64,000 nucleotides of DNA from Camelus ferus. Taxonomy: Eukaryota. Positions within the stretch are counted from its first letter, which is position 1. Each line of letters starts with the position of its first letter. Under the pieces are notes generated by a model, which had not been told where the DNA came from, ran no database searches, and saw only the letters and a program-made list of their open reading frames with translations. Both the position numbers and the translations under genes were made by a program. This document shows, one piece after another, positions 49,243 through 63,025 of this stretch. Location: assembly GCF_009834535.1 (NCBI RefSeq), contig NC_045698.1, positions 15,440,001 through 15,504,000 on the forward strand. The letters are read 5' to 3'.

Positions 49243-52200
49243 GAGAACCACTGGTGAATAAGACCCAGGTTATTATTTGCATGCCTTAACTTCAGGAAGT
49301 AGTTATTTCTTATTTACTTTTATTGAAGTAGACAAAGACACATTTGGGAATTAAACTAGAAGTGTTTATTCCACTGAGTAAAAACCTAGTTTTATAATGT
49401 GTCTTGGCTTATTTTTCAAGACTAGAAATAGAGTCATCAAATATAACGACTCATGCCTACATTTTACATGAAAACCAGAAGATACCCAAAGATAACTTTG
49501 TATAATTTTTTAAGACCTAAGATTTATAATTTTTAATGGTTTTTAAACATCTCCTCCTAAATGAGGAGGATATCTAATTGCCATATACCATGCATACATA
49601 TAATATCAAAGGTCAGCTTATCTAAATTTTGTCTTATTTATGTCTTTGAGAGGTAATGATCTAAAAGCCATGCACTAGGTAAAATTGTCAGAGAATACTA
49701 GAAATGTGTACTATATTTGAAATTACTTAAATATTAATTAAATTTTAATTGTTGGAATTAAACTGTGTACTGATGTTGATGCTAAATTGGCACCAGTAGT
49801 AAATTTGAGAAACATAAATAAATATGAGTTTATGTCATTAAACCCTCACTATATTAATTTTTTATTACTATTTAAAACTACCACCTGCTTCCAATTAAGG
49901 AGAGCCTTAACTTGCATTTGATCTACACTGTTAGCTTTGCAGACCTATTGGTTACACCACCCTTCCAACCTCAAATATTTGAATGAAGCTGAAGTAGTCA
50001 TTCTCATTTAAACAAAAGTGGATTTTATGTAAGAGCTATTATTTTAGTCACACTTCTTCTGGTATTTCTTTCAGAGTAATTGCCATCATCTTCTCTCTCT
50101 CATTCTTCTACCTAAGATAACATGTTGGAGACAGTGTAAGAACAGAAATTCAGCTTTTGCCTTACACTCAGAGGCACCCTTTAGGCACATGCTGGGGGTG
50201 TTAACAGTGACTTGCACTTGATCTGCAGGTGGGAAGCAGGCCCTTGGCCAGAGCGTCCAGGTAAGTTCGAAGGTGAGATTTGTAGGTTTTTCACTCCCTA
50301 CAGTAACAGAAGGAGATTGTGAAAGGGACTGAAGTGACTCTCAGCATAACTACACATATTTACATATTCAGGCATATCCTGGGGACCCAAAATCCAGGAA
50401 GTTTTCTCCTATAATATTATTTAATTAAATATATAAATCTATGTAAGGTTGTAAACTCTCAGATTACATATATGTATATATAAATAAATATAAAATATAT
50501 ACAAGCACATACAAATATTATATACAAAAATAAACTTAAATCATGAGCTTGTATCTTTAGTGGTCAACCTCAGTCATCCCTCTGACAAACATTGGGTGTC
50601 TGGCAGAAGGTGAGGGTACATTTTCTAAGGCTACTGTCCAAATTCAATTAATCTCTAGTTCTTTATTCAGAATGACTTATTACATGGTTTTAACAAGTAG
50701 ATTTCAGTCTCAAAGCTTACCATTTTCTAAGTATAAAGATGCTAAATGGTAAACAAAGAGAAGTAGACTTTGTGGCCCCATCTGGGTATAACTGGGCTCA
50801 TGTTGATTCTAATGAAAATCTTTACAAATTACATATTGTAATTAATATTTCTTTAAACATAAATAAGAATAAATTCCAAGTTTTAAGATATTAAAAGAGC
50901 CAATCCTGACCTGGATGCCATAAAAGTAATGACAGGATGAAATAAGGAGACATTTAAAGTAAATACATCAATATTTTTCAATAAATAAATATATAGTTAC
51001 CAACAGTTACTTAATTCATTGACCTGGGCATCCTGTCATCTTTCTATATCATAAGTGTACAATTTAAGAAATAATATATAGTTGGGAATATATATATATT
51101 TATGCATACATCAGTAGTCTTGATAGTTTGATAGATCAGATATTGCTCACTTGTGCAGTAGGCATTCTCGCTGATGCATTTCATCTTTTAATTTTATTTA
51201 GATTGTTTTTATATTAATTTAAAGATAATAACATTTTCCCTGGAATGAAGTCTAATATTTACAAATGTCTTATTTGTTAAATCAACAAACTATATAGTAT
51301 GGATACAATGATATGTTTTATTGTGCAAGTAATATTTTATTGACTTATAACTGAACGAACATTCCTAAAACTAGAAACTGTCAATATAAACATGTTCGGT
51401 AGGTATTTGATTAAAACAGACTTACTTTAAAATAGTATTCTATTTATGACTAAGCGACTATCTTAGAACAATTATAAATGTCCTATTTTCTACAGTTGAA
51501 CTTATTTATCATACAAACAGTTCTGTTACCCTCTTAGTATGTTGAAAAAGAAAGGGAAAAGAAGCCAGCACTTTACATTTCCTATAAATTACCTCTTTTA
51601 ATCTAAAATATGAAGTGCTTTATTTTACCTAAGTTGTTTTCTTTTTAATTACAAAACTATTTTACAGAAGAAAGACAGCAACTGAGAGAAGTATTTTGCC
51701 TAATGTGAATTAACCACATCACTTAATTGATTTGATCTCATAATGTATGATTTAGGTCAGCTTGTTAGATGGTTTTGTCATTTAAAATTCAAGTAATGGA
51801 AATCATCAGCATTTTCCTGTAGCTTATTTTGACAGATGGAGAGTAGGTGGCTGCTATATGACTATATGGAAAGGATTTTATAAAGAAAATAGTTTGTCTT
51901 TATATGACTGCAGGTAGAGCTCTTTTAACATGTCTAGTATTATTCCCATTTCTGAAAAAGCATTCCTTTTTTTGTTTGTGGACAGTTCTCTGCATTATTT
52001 GTAGGACTTTTTGCACAAAACAGAGGCATCAAAGGCAAATTGTCTTTTAAGAGAAAGAGCGATAAAAAGTTAAGAGTTGAAGTCCCTTCGTAAGATTAGG
52101 TCTTGGTTCTCCCACCTAAGGGCTGCGTGATCTTTGACACGTTATTTAGCCTTTATTAATAATATAATCTTGATATTTTATTTCTTAATTGAGAAAACAC

Positions 52201-55095
52201 TATATAATCATTGTAAAGTTAAATGGGAACATATACGCAAATCACTCTGCATAATACACATCACTTGGTAATTTGGTCAATATCATTGTCACCATTATCA
52301 AATCGAATTGGCAGGAAATTATGATGCCTCAGGAACCATCTATTTTGCAACAATAAAACAGGAAACTATTTAAACTTTCATCATTCAAATGGATATACCA
52401 TTTAATATTATTTTATTTCTAATAGATTTATAGAAAGAAATCAGTGGAAATATGTGCTTAACAATGTCATATACATATATGTACACACAGAGTCAAAATA
52501 AATTATAATTAGTAAATTTTAAGAAAGTATCTTGTGCATTTTACATGATAAAAAATGTGGCTCCATGAAGTTAGTCTGAGGGAAGATTTTTTTTTCAGTA
52601 TAATTGCTTAAGAAGTGAACGAATACAGCTAGTTGTAGAGAATACTCTTTTTAAGTTATATTATGTATGAAATATGTTTTCTTGGCTTTTACATTCAAAA
52701 GGTTATCATTTCAGTTTGTAATTGTCATATTTTCAATTTAATTGATCCATGTGAGAAATATTCCTGCAAAAAGAGCATTTGCTTCTAAAGAGATGGTTTT
52801 TCTGTTTATAAATGTATTGTCTTTTCCTCTGAAGGATGTAATTCAAAATGACAGTATAGTAAAAAGGGCTTGACACAGAGGCATATAAAATTTCAAGGGG
52901 ATTAATTTTTTATTTATGCAAAATGTGAAAACCGTCTTCTTTTTTATGATTCAAAAATATCTCTCAGCGATTATACTTTCAGGCTATAGTTCAAATATGC
53001 ATGGAACACAAGAAGAAAATCATTAGATCATAGCGATTTATTTGGTATAACTTCTACCTCTCATTTCTGTTTATGGTGACAATTTAACATAGGTCTTGTG
53101 ATTTTTTTTTGCAGATGTGTCTAAAAAATATGGTTTAGAAGTGGCAGATACAAAAAATAATTTTTTTACATTATGTTAAACTAGAAGAAATTTGAATTTT
53201 AGATTAAAAAAAAAACTTTGCCAATTGTGTTGATCTTGGGTTAGTTAATCTCTCTGAGCCTCAGTTTTCTTAATAGTAACATGGAAAATAAAGATTTTAG
53301 AGGGTTTTTTTTGAGAGAAGGAAAGAAAATAACATTCTTGACAGCATGTAAATGCTCTAAAGGTTCAAATGCCCTCACCCCCACAATCTTCCCTAGTGGG
53401 GATCATCTAGTTATTCTTAGACCTATAGATTCAATTTTGAATACATTCCAAGCAAGCCTGCTGCTTTATCCAGATTCTCTTTTCACTAGCTAAGATCTGG
53501 AAGGGATCTTCCTGTTCCCCAGGACCTGAGCACGCCATCCTGTTTCCCTAACCTTATTCTATTTCTCTCCCATTGAGACATTCTCATTTCCTTGTTGCAT
53601 CCCAGCCTGTTTGTCTGGATCAGACTTTTACAAACTCCCTTTCATCCATACCCACAAGTTGTTTTCTTTCCGCTGGCCGAGTTTTATACTCCTCATTTGA
53701 AAAACTTCACTATCATCCTTGTGAATAAAAATATTGTCACTACCTGGGAGTATCTCTGCTATTTCCTATACCCTAGACCGAACAAATTTTATAAGCACAA
53801 GATCCAAAGCAGGACTTAAGCTCCCCATGCCACCTTTTTATATAAAAGTAGAACAATCTTTCAAACTAGTTTCCTCAGTTAGCTACTATAGATTGCCACA
53901 AATAAGTAGTAAAAATGTTAAAAATCAGTGTTTTTGAGTTGGGAACATGTTCTTTATTAATGCCATATGCTAGAGAATCAAATGCATTATTTCTTTCTCC
54001 TTTTAAATATTTATTTATATTTTTTTCTGTTTCCCTGATTGGAAAAGTAAGGGAAAGTGTTGCCCTAGGATTCTGTGTTATTAATCATAATATATTATTT
54101 ACTCGCCATTCGTCACATGCATTCCACTGCTTAAATTATGATAATTTCTAATTGCCATTCCTATCACATTTGTCCAGCAAACTTACTTTCTGGTTACTCA
54201 GTAAAGATATTTCTATAAGAAAATATAGGTCGATCATTTTAAGAAGAAAGACAAAGTAGAAAACTATGGAAAACCATATAGCTAAAGGAATAAAATACCC
54301 ATTTAGTTACATATTCTCAGCATTAAATACTTTACCGAATACTCTAATTCTCCTGAAATTAGAAAAAAAAAATTTGTTTTGTGTTTTTAACCATTCATAC
54401 AAATGAGTATCTATTGACTTCATCAAGTTTCTTATATAAGCAATGATAAAAACATTCAGTTTCTGTATTCTAAGTCCTAAGAACACTAAACTATCAACCT
54501 TGAAAATGTACCAGAAATTGAACAGGTACTTATTGGTGTTAAATGTAATACTGCAAAAGAAAACTAGATGTAACACAAGTGAGAAGTATTCATTTTCAGT
54601 AAGAAACACAGAGTCCCAAAGAAAATACAGGTGTGAATCATTCTATTATCATAGAAACTGTAGCAATTTTCACCTATTGCAGACTGAAACAAAATAGAAC
54701 TAAAGTAATGAAATTGCATCACTGTAATGTCATCTAATATTTCCAGGGAAGCATATGGAAATGATTCAACATATATAATTGCTAGAGTGAAGGTAGAGAA
54801 TTTGATGCAAATATACGCTATAACAAATAGTATGGTGGCATATATGTCCGAAATATATGTCTTAAATTGCATCGTACTTTTCATATTTATATTATTTTTC
54901 AACTAATAAGAAATTAGACAAGATTCCAACCTACTGTGAGCATTTTACTTTCATATGACTTGATAACCAGAGTCGTACAATTATTGACTCATCTATCTTA
55001 TTTTCTATTCAAGTGACACTATGCATGATTCTAATGGAAAAAACAACATTTTTTAAAAAGCTGCACTGATTTAGACTTAACAGGAAAGAACATAC

Positions 55096-55263
55096 TTTTG
55101 GGGAATCGAGGTGGATTGTCATTGACATCAGTGAGGGTGATGTTGACTACTGTCGTTCCAGCGAGCCCTCCCAGTTGTCCGCCCATGTCCTTGGCTTGGA
55201 TGAGGACTTGGTATTGTTCTTTGACTTCCCTGTCCATGTTTGGCAAAGCTGTTCTAATAACAC
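55096..55263 (-). CDS. CDH12: Cadherin-12 internal coding exon (168 bp, phase 1/1), end of EC2
   Basis: Translates (G)[55 protein letters not shown](S), with DRE, AxDxG and DxNDN cadherin motifs. Acceptor ttccccttaag|GT, donor AAA|gtatgt. Matches recalled CDH12 sequence. Confidence 0.96.
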
Positions 55264-55628
55264 CTTAAGGGGAAAAAATAAAATAAAAGACAAATATCAC
55301 AAACGTTGTGTTTTCCAAAATAAAATAGTCCACAACAAGGAAGTTATTCTATTTAGGTTCATTAGCAAAGACATGCTAACAAAAGTCCTGTGTATTTTTA
55401 AAAGTGAAACACCCAAAATGATAGGTTATTAAATATAGTATGTTAATAACCATATAGTGAAATGCTAAAAGATGGTCATCATTTATTAAGTCAACCAAGT
55501 TACACATCATTTATACAGAATGATCCTACCTTTCAAAAAGAATTAAATTGTTAAACAATATATATTTTATATATAGTAAAAAATTGAGTATTTATGCTGA
55601 GCATGATATTTCAAAAAATGCCATATTC

Positions 55629-56065
55629 TGTAATAGAAAAGAACAAATCTGACTCTGCATTAGATCTGTTCCTTTAGCTTTAACAACTCTGTCCTGTTTT
55701 CTAGGCTTAGTCTTGCTAGATCTGCACTCATGTAAAGATAACAAGTTGCAAAACAGAGAATAACATTTGTTTTGTTGGAGGTTTTGAGGAAGCTCCATGA
55801 CCTGGCCCACGTGGACAGCTGCAGGAACAAAGAATTCTTATACCAAGAAGTTAGCAACAATCACCACACCCCCTTCCTTGTTTTTTAGTATAAAAGGGGC
55901 CTATACTCTGACTGTAGCAGGATAGTTCTCCAAGACATCAGTCCGCTGTCTTCTGGGTCTGATGGCTTTCCGAATAAAGTCACTATTCCTTGCCCCAACA
56001 CCTCATCTCCCAGTTTATTGGCCTGTCATGTGGTAAGTAGAACTTATTTGGACTCAGTAATAATA
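55629..56065 (+). mobile_element. ERV1-like solo LTR (about 437 bp)
   Basis: TGTAATAG start, gtataaaa TATA near 55888, AATAAA near 55973, U5-like ccttgccccaacacctcatctccc...ggactcagtaat. Candidate TSD attc/attc; terminal CA decayed. Confidence 0.75.
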
Positions 56066-58427
56066 ATTCTTCATTCTTATCTATTTTTTAGGACATACAT
56101 ATCACTTCACTTTTTTAAGCACTTGAAATATCTTCTTTGTGTATTTTATTTTGACTTTCAGGATTCATCTTACTTATTTTAGCCACACATTCTTCTTTTC
56201 TTAGGTCTCATTTTGCTTTGCCATTGCAGAGATTTTCCCTCCCTTGTCATCACGTTACCCCAGCCTCTAATGGAGAGCTGGTCATTTAGAGAAACTCAGT
56301 ACGAATGTGTGGACCATCTGACTAGTTCAATGACTGGCTAAATGAATGAAGGAATCTATGAATAATTTATAATCATGAATCATGTGATATATATGCTTAT
56401 TTATATACCCTACTCATTTTCTGCCCTTGTGTCCAAGCATAAAACTAATTTATTTATATTTATATTTATTTATAGTGAAATAGCTAAAACCTCCTGGATT
56501 TATGGCAAGCAAATTATGAATAAAATTTATAAAAAATTCCAATCTATATCCAGCGATTTTAGGGAGGGACTGCCGAACATTTGTCTTAAACCCATGTGTC
56601 TTTGAAATTATTATTTCTTAAACAGTGTGGCATATATGAGCAACAAAGTTAATATCAACTGTCAACACAAAATGTAACATCCAAATCATAAACTGAATAT
56701 ACATGCTCATTTTATCTGTTCTTTCTGCTATCAACTTACCAGATGATGTTCTGTTACTAATTCAGACTTAACTACAGCCTAAGACTTCTTCTGGCCCTTG
56801 GTAGGAAATGGCTGCCATAAAGGCATGTTCCATTTTTTGCTACTGCTGTTTCATCCTTGCACTGGTGCTGACACCCTTTTACTTCAATATGTTTGCTCTC
56901 TCTTCAGCTTGGATTCCTGATGTCTCATTTCTAAGTCTCCTAACTAAGATGCTTCATCTCTGCACCTCAGTGGTCTGGCCCTACATGCCTCAAGCTATAT
57001 GACTTCAGCCTGCTTTGTAATATTTCTGTTTTCCAGATAAACGCCTGGGTTTAATTCGTATTCATGCTGTATGATGTTGACCAGATTTATCTTTACTCAA
57101 TTCATTTCCAATAAGTATATATGAATAATTTTTACTTTACTCACTTCAGTTCTAATATGAAAATTTATAAAGTTTCATATATATATAAACTTGATTATAT
57201 CTGTAAACATTAAAATTCTATGAAAAAGAGAGCAAGCAGGCATTATTAGATTTATATTTTTTCTGATGATATTGTTAGAATTTTAAGACCGCTAAGCACT
57301 CTGCCCTCCTGCTCTGTCTTGTGTCTGATAGGTGATCTACCGGCTGCTTCTAGACCCCCTTTATGTGTAATGCTGCCCAGTTGGGAGGCTGTCAGAATTT
57401 AGAGAGGAAAGGGTGGGAGATATAATTTCGAAGAAAGTCTCCTCCAACGACCATAATGTGCTTCCCCTTCCCTCCACTACTTCCATTAAGAACCACTAAC
57501 CCAGAGAAAAAAAAAATAGGCATTTGTGGAATTTTTTTAGAGTTGAATCCAGGGAATCAGGTAGACTACAAAGCTCACTGTGAGTAGTGAATCCTTAAAT
57601 ACCGCGGTCACTGAAAAAGTCTGGGGAGAAAAATCTCCGTTTCAAAAAGTTACTCTTCTTATGGCCACTGGTTGTGTCTTAACTGCCTAACACTTAAAAG
57701 CAAACAAATAAAAATGGAGCGAGGAGGAGACTTGCAAAGGCCTGGCCTAAAGTGCTTCCGCAGCAGAGCGTAACCAGCAGAGGAAATGCTGCATTCTGTT
57801 ATTGCGGACCTTAGACTCAGGTTCAAGTGGCCATCTCTGTTTTTCAGTATTTGCGTACAAAGATACAGCAACAGCTTTGAGGATAATAATTTAAACTTGA
57901 AAAAAAAAATGCACTTTATGAAACATTATAAATACTCCACAGATACTCTACAGTAGTAATACCACAAACTTGAATGAACTTGAAATAATTCTGAAATAAA
58001 TCCTATTTTTCAGGAGAAAAGGAGTAGGTAGGCAAGTATATGCTGAATTCTGGCATGATTTGAGTGTCTTGTACCCGACCTGATGAACTTTCCGACATAT
58101 ACAATCAAGATAATTTGAGTAAAAACAAGAATGAGAAAATAGATTTTATTTCTGCCAGTATAAATGGAAATATATGATTGAGAGGTGTGTAACCTTAAAT
58201 TAATATATCAAAGGATACTAGTGTACCAGGGGATGGATATATTCTCCCTTTGCAATCACCCTTGTGTTGTTTGCATTGTATGTAAGCCCCTCAATTTTGT
58301 TGGATCTAAGCTTATTTTGTAAAAAATGGATTAGATAGGTGGATAACTTTGAGATGAAAATAATGTAATGCATAAAAAATCATAAAATATTACATGTGAT
58401 ACTTAAGGATTTGGTTTTACCTGAGTT

Positions 58428-58583
58428 TTTTTTTTTTTTTTTCTTTTTTCTTCTTCTTTCTTTCTTTCTTTGTCATTGTAGGGAGGTAATTAGGTTTATT
58501 TATTTACTTGGAGGTACCGGGGATTGAACCCAGGACTTGGTGCATGCTGAGCACTCAGTCTACCAGACAGCTATAGTCTCCCC
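58428..58583 (-). mobile_element. tRNA-Ala-derived SINE (Vic-1-like)
   Basis: ggggattgaacccaggacttggtgcatgctgagcac, ggaggtaattaggtttatt body, T/TTTC tail. TSD ttacctgagtt / ttacttgggtt. Confidence 0.85.
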
Positions 58584-58799
58584 TTACTTGGGTTATTTCT
58601 TGAATTGAGTGTTGAATTGCAGGGTTGAAACATGGGATGATAGATTCAGTCAACACTTGTACTAAATAAATGTTTCATTCAGGCACTATTCTTAGGTTTA
58701 AAGGTATAATGGCAAACACTTCATCTGCCCCTCCAAGTCCACTTTCTATACTTTTCTAGACTTCTCTCTGCTCTCTGGCTTCCAGTTGCCTTATGCCAA

Positions 58800-59095
58800 T
58801 GGGCAGGAGATTGGATGGTGTAAGAATAATGAAGTTGAGTTTTTCTTTCCATGGATCCTCCACATCCCACAGTCTCTCCTGCCATGTTCTCTGCCTGTGT
58901 CTCTATCCCATCTCCTTCCTCCAATCCCAGCATGGTAACTGCAGCCATTTCTTATTTCTTCTCCAGAGTCTGCCCTATCCCTTCTGGCTTCCCTACAATC
59001 TGCACACATTTTAATAAAGAGTCCTTTTATTAAACTAATCTCAAATTGCCCGACTGAGTATCATCTGTTTCCACGTGGGATGATAATTGATAAGA
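58800..59095 (+). mobile_element. Old ERVL LTR 3' portion (LTR16/MLT2-like)
   Basis: aataaagagtccttttattaaact...gagtatcatctgtttccacgtgggatgataattgata. Confidence 0.45.
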
Positions 59096-59489
59096 GTCTC
59101 TGTACAAGGTTCTTTCATGGGATGCGCATTTAACGGGTATGTGCTCATGTGGAGTGGTGAGGAGGCCATAAAGAAGCACTTAAATAATTAAGCTAATTTC
59201 AGGTGGTGATTAGTGTTATGAGGAAAATGAAATCAAGTGCTTCTGAAGGTAGTATCAGAAATGTCTTCTCTGAGGAAGGACTTTGGAGCTGCAGCCTCAG
59301 AGAAGTGGAAGAGGCCAACGTGGCAAGAACACAAGAGTGGAGAATCTTGGGGAGGGAAAGAAGGAAGGCACTGCTTGTCCAAAGCATACAAGCAGAGCCT
59401 TCGGAGGCTAATGTGGCTGCAGCACTCCACTGTCTGGAGGGATGTATCAAATAAGAACACAGAGAGTGACAGAAGTGAGATAGTGGTTT

Positions 59490-60695
59490 TCAAAGATAAG
59501 CAAACCCTCTGTGAAGGCATCTTGAAAAATCCACAAGTAGAACTACATCCAACTGAAAGGCTTCTGCATAGCAAAAGGAATAATCCACAAAAATGAAGAG
59601 CAGCCTATGGAATGGGATAAAATATTTGCAAATCTTCTATCTGATAAGGAATCCATATCCATAACATAAAAGAACTCATGAAACTCAACAACAAAATATC
59701 AGATTTAAAAATGGGCAGAGGAACTGAATAGAAATTTTTCCAAAGAAGTCATACAAATGTCCAACAGTTACATGAAAAGGTGCTTGACCTCAATAATTAC
59801 CAGGGAAGTGTACATACATCAAAACCACAGTTTGTCACCTTTTGGTTGTTAGAATGGCTGTTATCAAAAAGTCAAGAGTGAGAGATGACAAATATTGGCC
59901 AGGATGTGGAGAAAAGAGAACACTTGTGCACTGTTGGTAGGGATGTAAATTGACAGATATAACCACTATGGAAAATAGTATGGAGGTTCCTTAAGCAAGT
60001 AAAAATAGAAAAAAATATGATTTAACAATTTCACTTCTGAGTACATATCCAGAGGAAGTAAAAACAAGATCTTGAAGAGATATCTGCACTTCCGTGTTCA
60101 TTGCAGCATTATTCACAATAGCCAAGGTATGGAAACAACCTAAGTGTCCATCAATGGATGATTGGATAAAGAAGATGTGATATAATGGAATATAATTTAG
60201 TAATTCATTCATGAAAATGAAAAAAAATTCTTTCCATTTGCAACAACATGGATGAACATTATGCTAAATGAAGTAAGACAGAGAAAGACAAATACTGTAT
60301 AATATCATTCATATGTGGATTCTGAAACAGCTGAACTTACAGAAACAGAGTAGAATAGTCGTTACCAGGCGCTGTGGGGTGGGGGAGATGGGGACATGCT
60401 GCTCAAAAGGCACAAACTTACAGTGATAAGATGGATGAGTTCTGGGGATCTAATGTATAGCGTGGTGATTATAGTTAATATCACTGTATTATTATATACT
60501 GGAAAGGTGCTAAGGGAGTAGCTCTTAAAGGTTCTTATCACGGGAAGGAAATGGTAATTATGAGACATGATGGAGGTGTTAGCTAACACTGTGGTGGTGA
60601 TCACTTTGCAATATATAAGTGTATCAAATCAACGTGTTATATACCTTACTTACACAATGCTGTAAGCCAATTATATCTCCATAAAGCTGGTAAAA
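59490..60695 (+). mobile_element. L1 (L1MA/MB-like) ORF2 end plus 3'UTR
   Basis: cagcctatggaatgggataaaatatttgcaaa, aggatgtggagaaaagagaacacttgtgcactgttggt, gttcattgcagcattattcacaatagccaag, caattatatctccataaagctgg. Confidence 0.92.
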
Positions 60696-60721
60696 TGCTA
60701 ACTATTAGTTTGAGACTAGTC

Positions 60722-60775
60722 AGATAGATGGATGGATAGATAGATAGAAAGATAGATTGATAGATAGATATAGAA
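60722..60775. repeat. Imperfect (GATA/GATG)n microsatellite
   Basis: agatagatggatggatagatagatagaaagatagattgatagatagata. Confidence 0.85.
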
Positions 60776-61619
60776 AGAAAATGACCAACGGATGAATGGC
60801 TACATTCTTCATTCACTGAAGATTAGAGTCCAGAAGAGACCTGTTTGTTTCTCAAAAGAGCAGCCACAGCAGTGAGGTCTTAGCATGAAGCGGGTGACAG
60901 AGTCCCTCTAGTCTGAAATCCTCAGAGACTGTCCAGACCACTCAGATGAAAGACCTCACATAATCTCCACCTTCCCACGTGGCCATCTGATCTTCCACAA
61001 CTCCCTCCCTTGTTCACCACAGCCTTTTACCCTCTCTTCCCTCCGCCAGAATTGTTCTTTCTGAGATGTAACCATGAACAGCTACTCCACCTCCCTCACA
61101 TCTGTTGTCAAAGCCATCTTCTCAGGACTACCGGTCACTCTATCTGAAATTCCATACTGAATTAGTTTCCTCTTGCTTCTGTAATGGATTTTTTTTTAAG
61201 CTAGTACATTCTTAAACAATATTAACAAAAATATGGTGCCCATGATTACACTGATAAGGTGTATAATTAAAAAAAATTGTTGCCAATAATGCATTTTGAG
61301 GACAAGAAGAATTACCAGGTTATCTGCAGTAGGAAGACAATTTAAAGACTGTATGGTCCAACTTTGCACCTATAACACACCTTAATTATTCTTTAGAATT
61401 TGGAAGTCACTTCCCCCAAAGTTTTTTCCTCAGAAAGTTTCCCCTCTCATCAGTCTACATCTAGCACCCAGAGGTCACACTACGTATCAGAACTGTATCC
61501 TAGAAAACCCAAATGTAATCTTCTGAGGACCTGATCTCCTCCCCCATATAGAAGAGGATCTATTTGAGGATGGACTTGATTCATCTCAGTATCCTGGTAG
61601 CACAGCACCTGTCAGGCCA

Positions 61620-62330
61620 TTGGTTAAAAATAAATATGCATCAAAGGAATTAATTCTCAAATCCAGCACCACGGGCTCATCGCTCATCGTCTACTGTAAC
61701 ACTTCCAGTAATGTGAAGCTCACAATCTCAGGAGGCGCCCTTCTCATTTATGGACAAGCATTAACATCTTTTTTGTTTGTTTGTTTTGAATGAAACCAAA
61801 ATTCTTTCTTCCTGTAACTCCTATCAGCCACTGATAGCCCTCTTCCTCTCAGGTAGCACAAAGCATGGCTAGTTCGTCTTCTACACGACAGCTCTGCAGC
61901 TTCCTAAGGGCATGTACCACGTCCCCCTGGAGTATTTTCCTTTTGAGCCCAGATATTCTCAGTTCTCTCTGCTGATGTTTGCATTCTGTGGTTTCTAAAA
62001 TAAGGCAGGTGAAGTTCACACAGAGTTCTCATGAACCGTGACAAGGCAGAGTGCAAGGAAACCATTGTCTCCAGACAATGGTTTAGACACGTAATTTTAC
62101 TACATGTGTTAAATATTTCAAAGTAGGGAACAACGTGTGTTGTTTAATCTTAACTGTTTCCCAGACTCATTTGTCATTCCTTCCTTGTATTTACTAGCAT
62201 CCACTGCTTTTCCTGCCCTTGCTATATCCACAATCAGTCCTGTTCTTAATGCAAAAAGTATTAAAAGAGTGATTACTTTGTGAAGGCAAGTACTCTTATT
62301 TCACTCTTGAACATAAAAGAGTATCAGTCT
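61620..62330 (-). mobile_element. CR1/L3-like LINE fossil
   Basis: aacacttccagtaatgtgaagctcacaatctc and tcttctacacgacagctctgcagcttcctaag resemble the reverse strand of L3. Confidence 0.5.
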
Positions 62331-62884
62331 TTCTCTCACCAGCACTGACTGAAGTGTCTTGAATCTTTTACTCTGAAGACTCTACTCTGAATTAATACGA
62401 AAAGCGTGTTCAGGCCATAAAACATATTTACATAGTAGTTTATATAAAGAATTAGCTCAAAATACAAAGATGGACCCATGCTTTAATTTTACTCTGGAGT
62501 TTTAAAACACTAACACATTTTTTAAAGCTGAAAAGAGTAAGTATCATAGTGGAGGGGGTTTTACTTAGGATATAAGCTTGAAGATTATAATCTTTAAATA
62601 AAAGGTGTAACTGAATTCAGTGAGGTTCAGAAAGCTTGAGAAAGTGTCAGTTCTTCCAGTAACTTTTATCGGATTTCCCAAACAGAAGCTAGGTCAGAAT
62701 CATAGAACATGAAATATCAGACTAATGAATATAAGGGAAAAAAAGAAAGGAGCTCATGCATGCGACTCATTCTCACTCAGTTGTTTGCATATCAGTTCTA
62801 TAAATGCACAGGTAAACACAGAAAATGAAAAACAGAAAATACAGAAGAATAAAAATATGCATTTTTGACAATGCATATAAATAA

Positions 62885-63025
62885 AAAGACATGGATGCAA
62901 AAGTTCTGGAGATGGACGGTGGTGATGGTTACACAATATGGACACACATAATGTCATCAAATAATACACTTTAAAATGGTTAAAGTAGTAACATTTCTGT
63001 TATGTATATTTTATCATGATAGAAT
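62885..63025 (+). mobile_element. Old L1 3'UTR terminal fragment
   Basis: aaaagttctggagatggacggtggtgatggttacacaat...cactttaaaatggttaa...ttatgtatattttatca. Confidence 0.75.

Noticed and set aside
6568..55263. Partial CDH12 duplicate or pseudogene rather than the real gene
   Set aside because: All four exons are intact and in frame with canonical splice sites. It cannot be formally excluded because the gene ends lie outside the window.
59199..59596. Four overlapping ORFs on both strands
   Set aside because: Moderately GC-rich repeat remnants at an L1 boundary, with no coherent protein motif.
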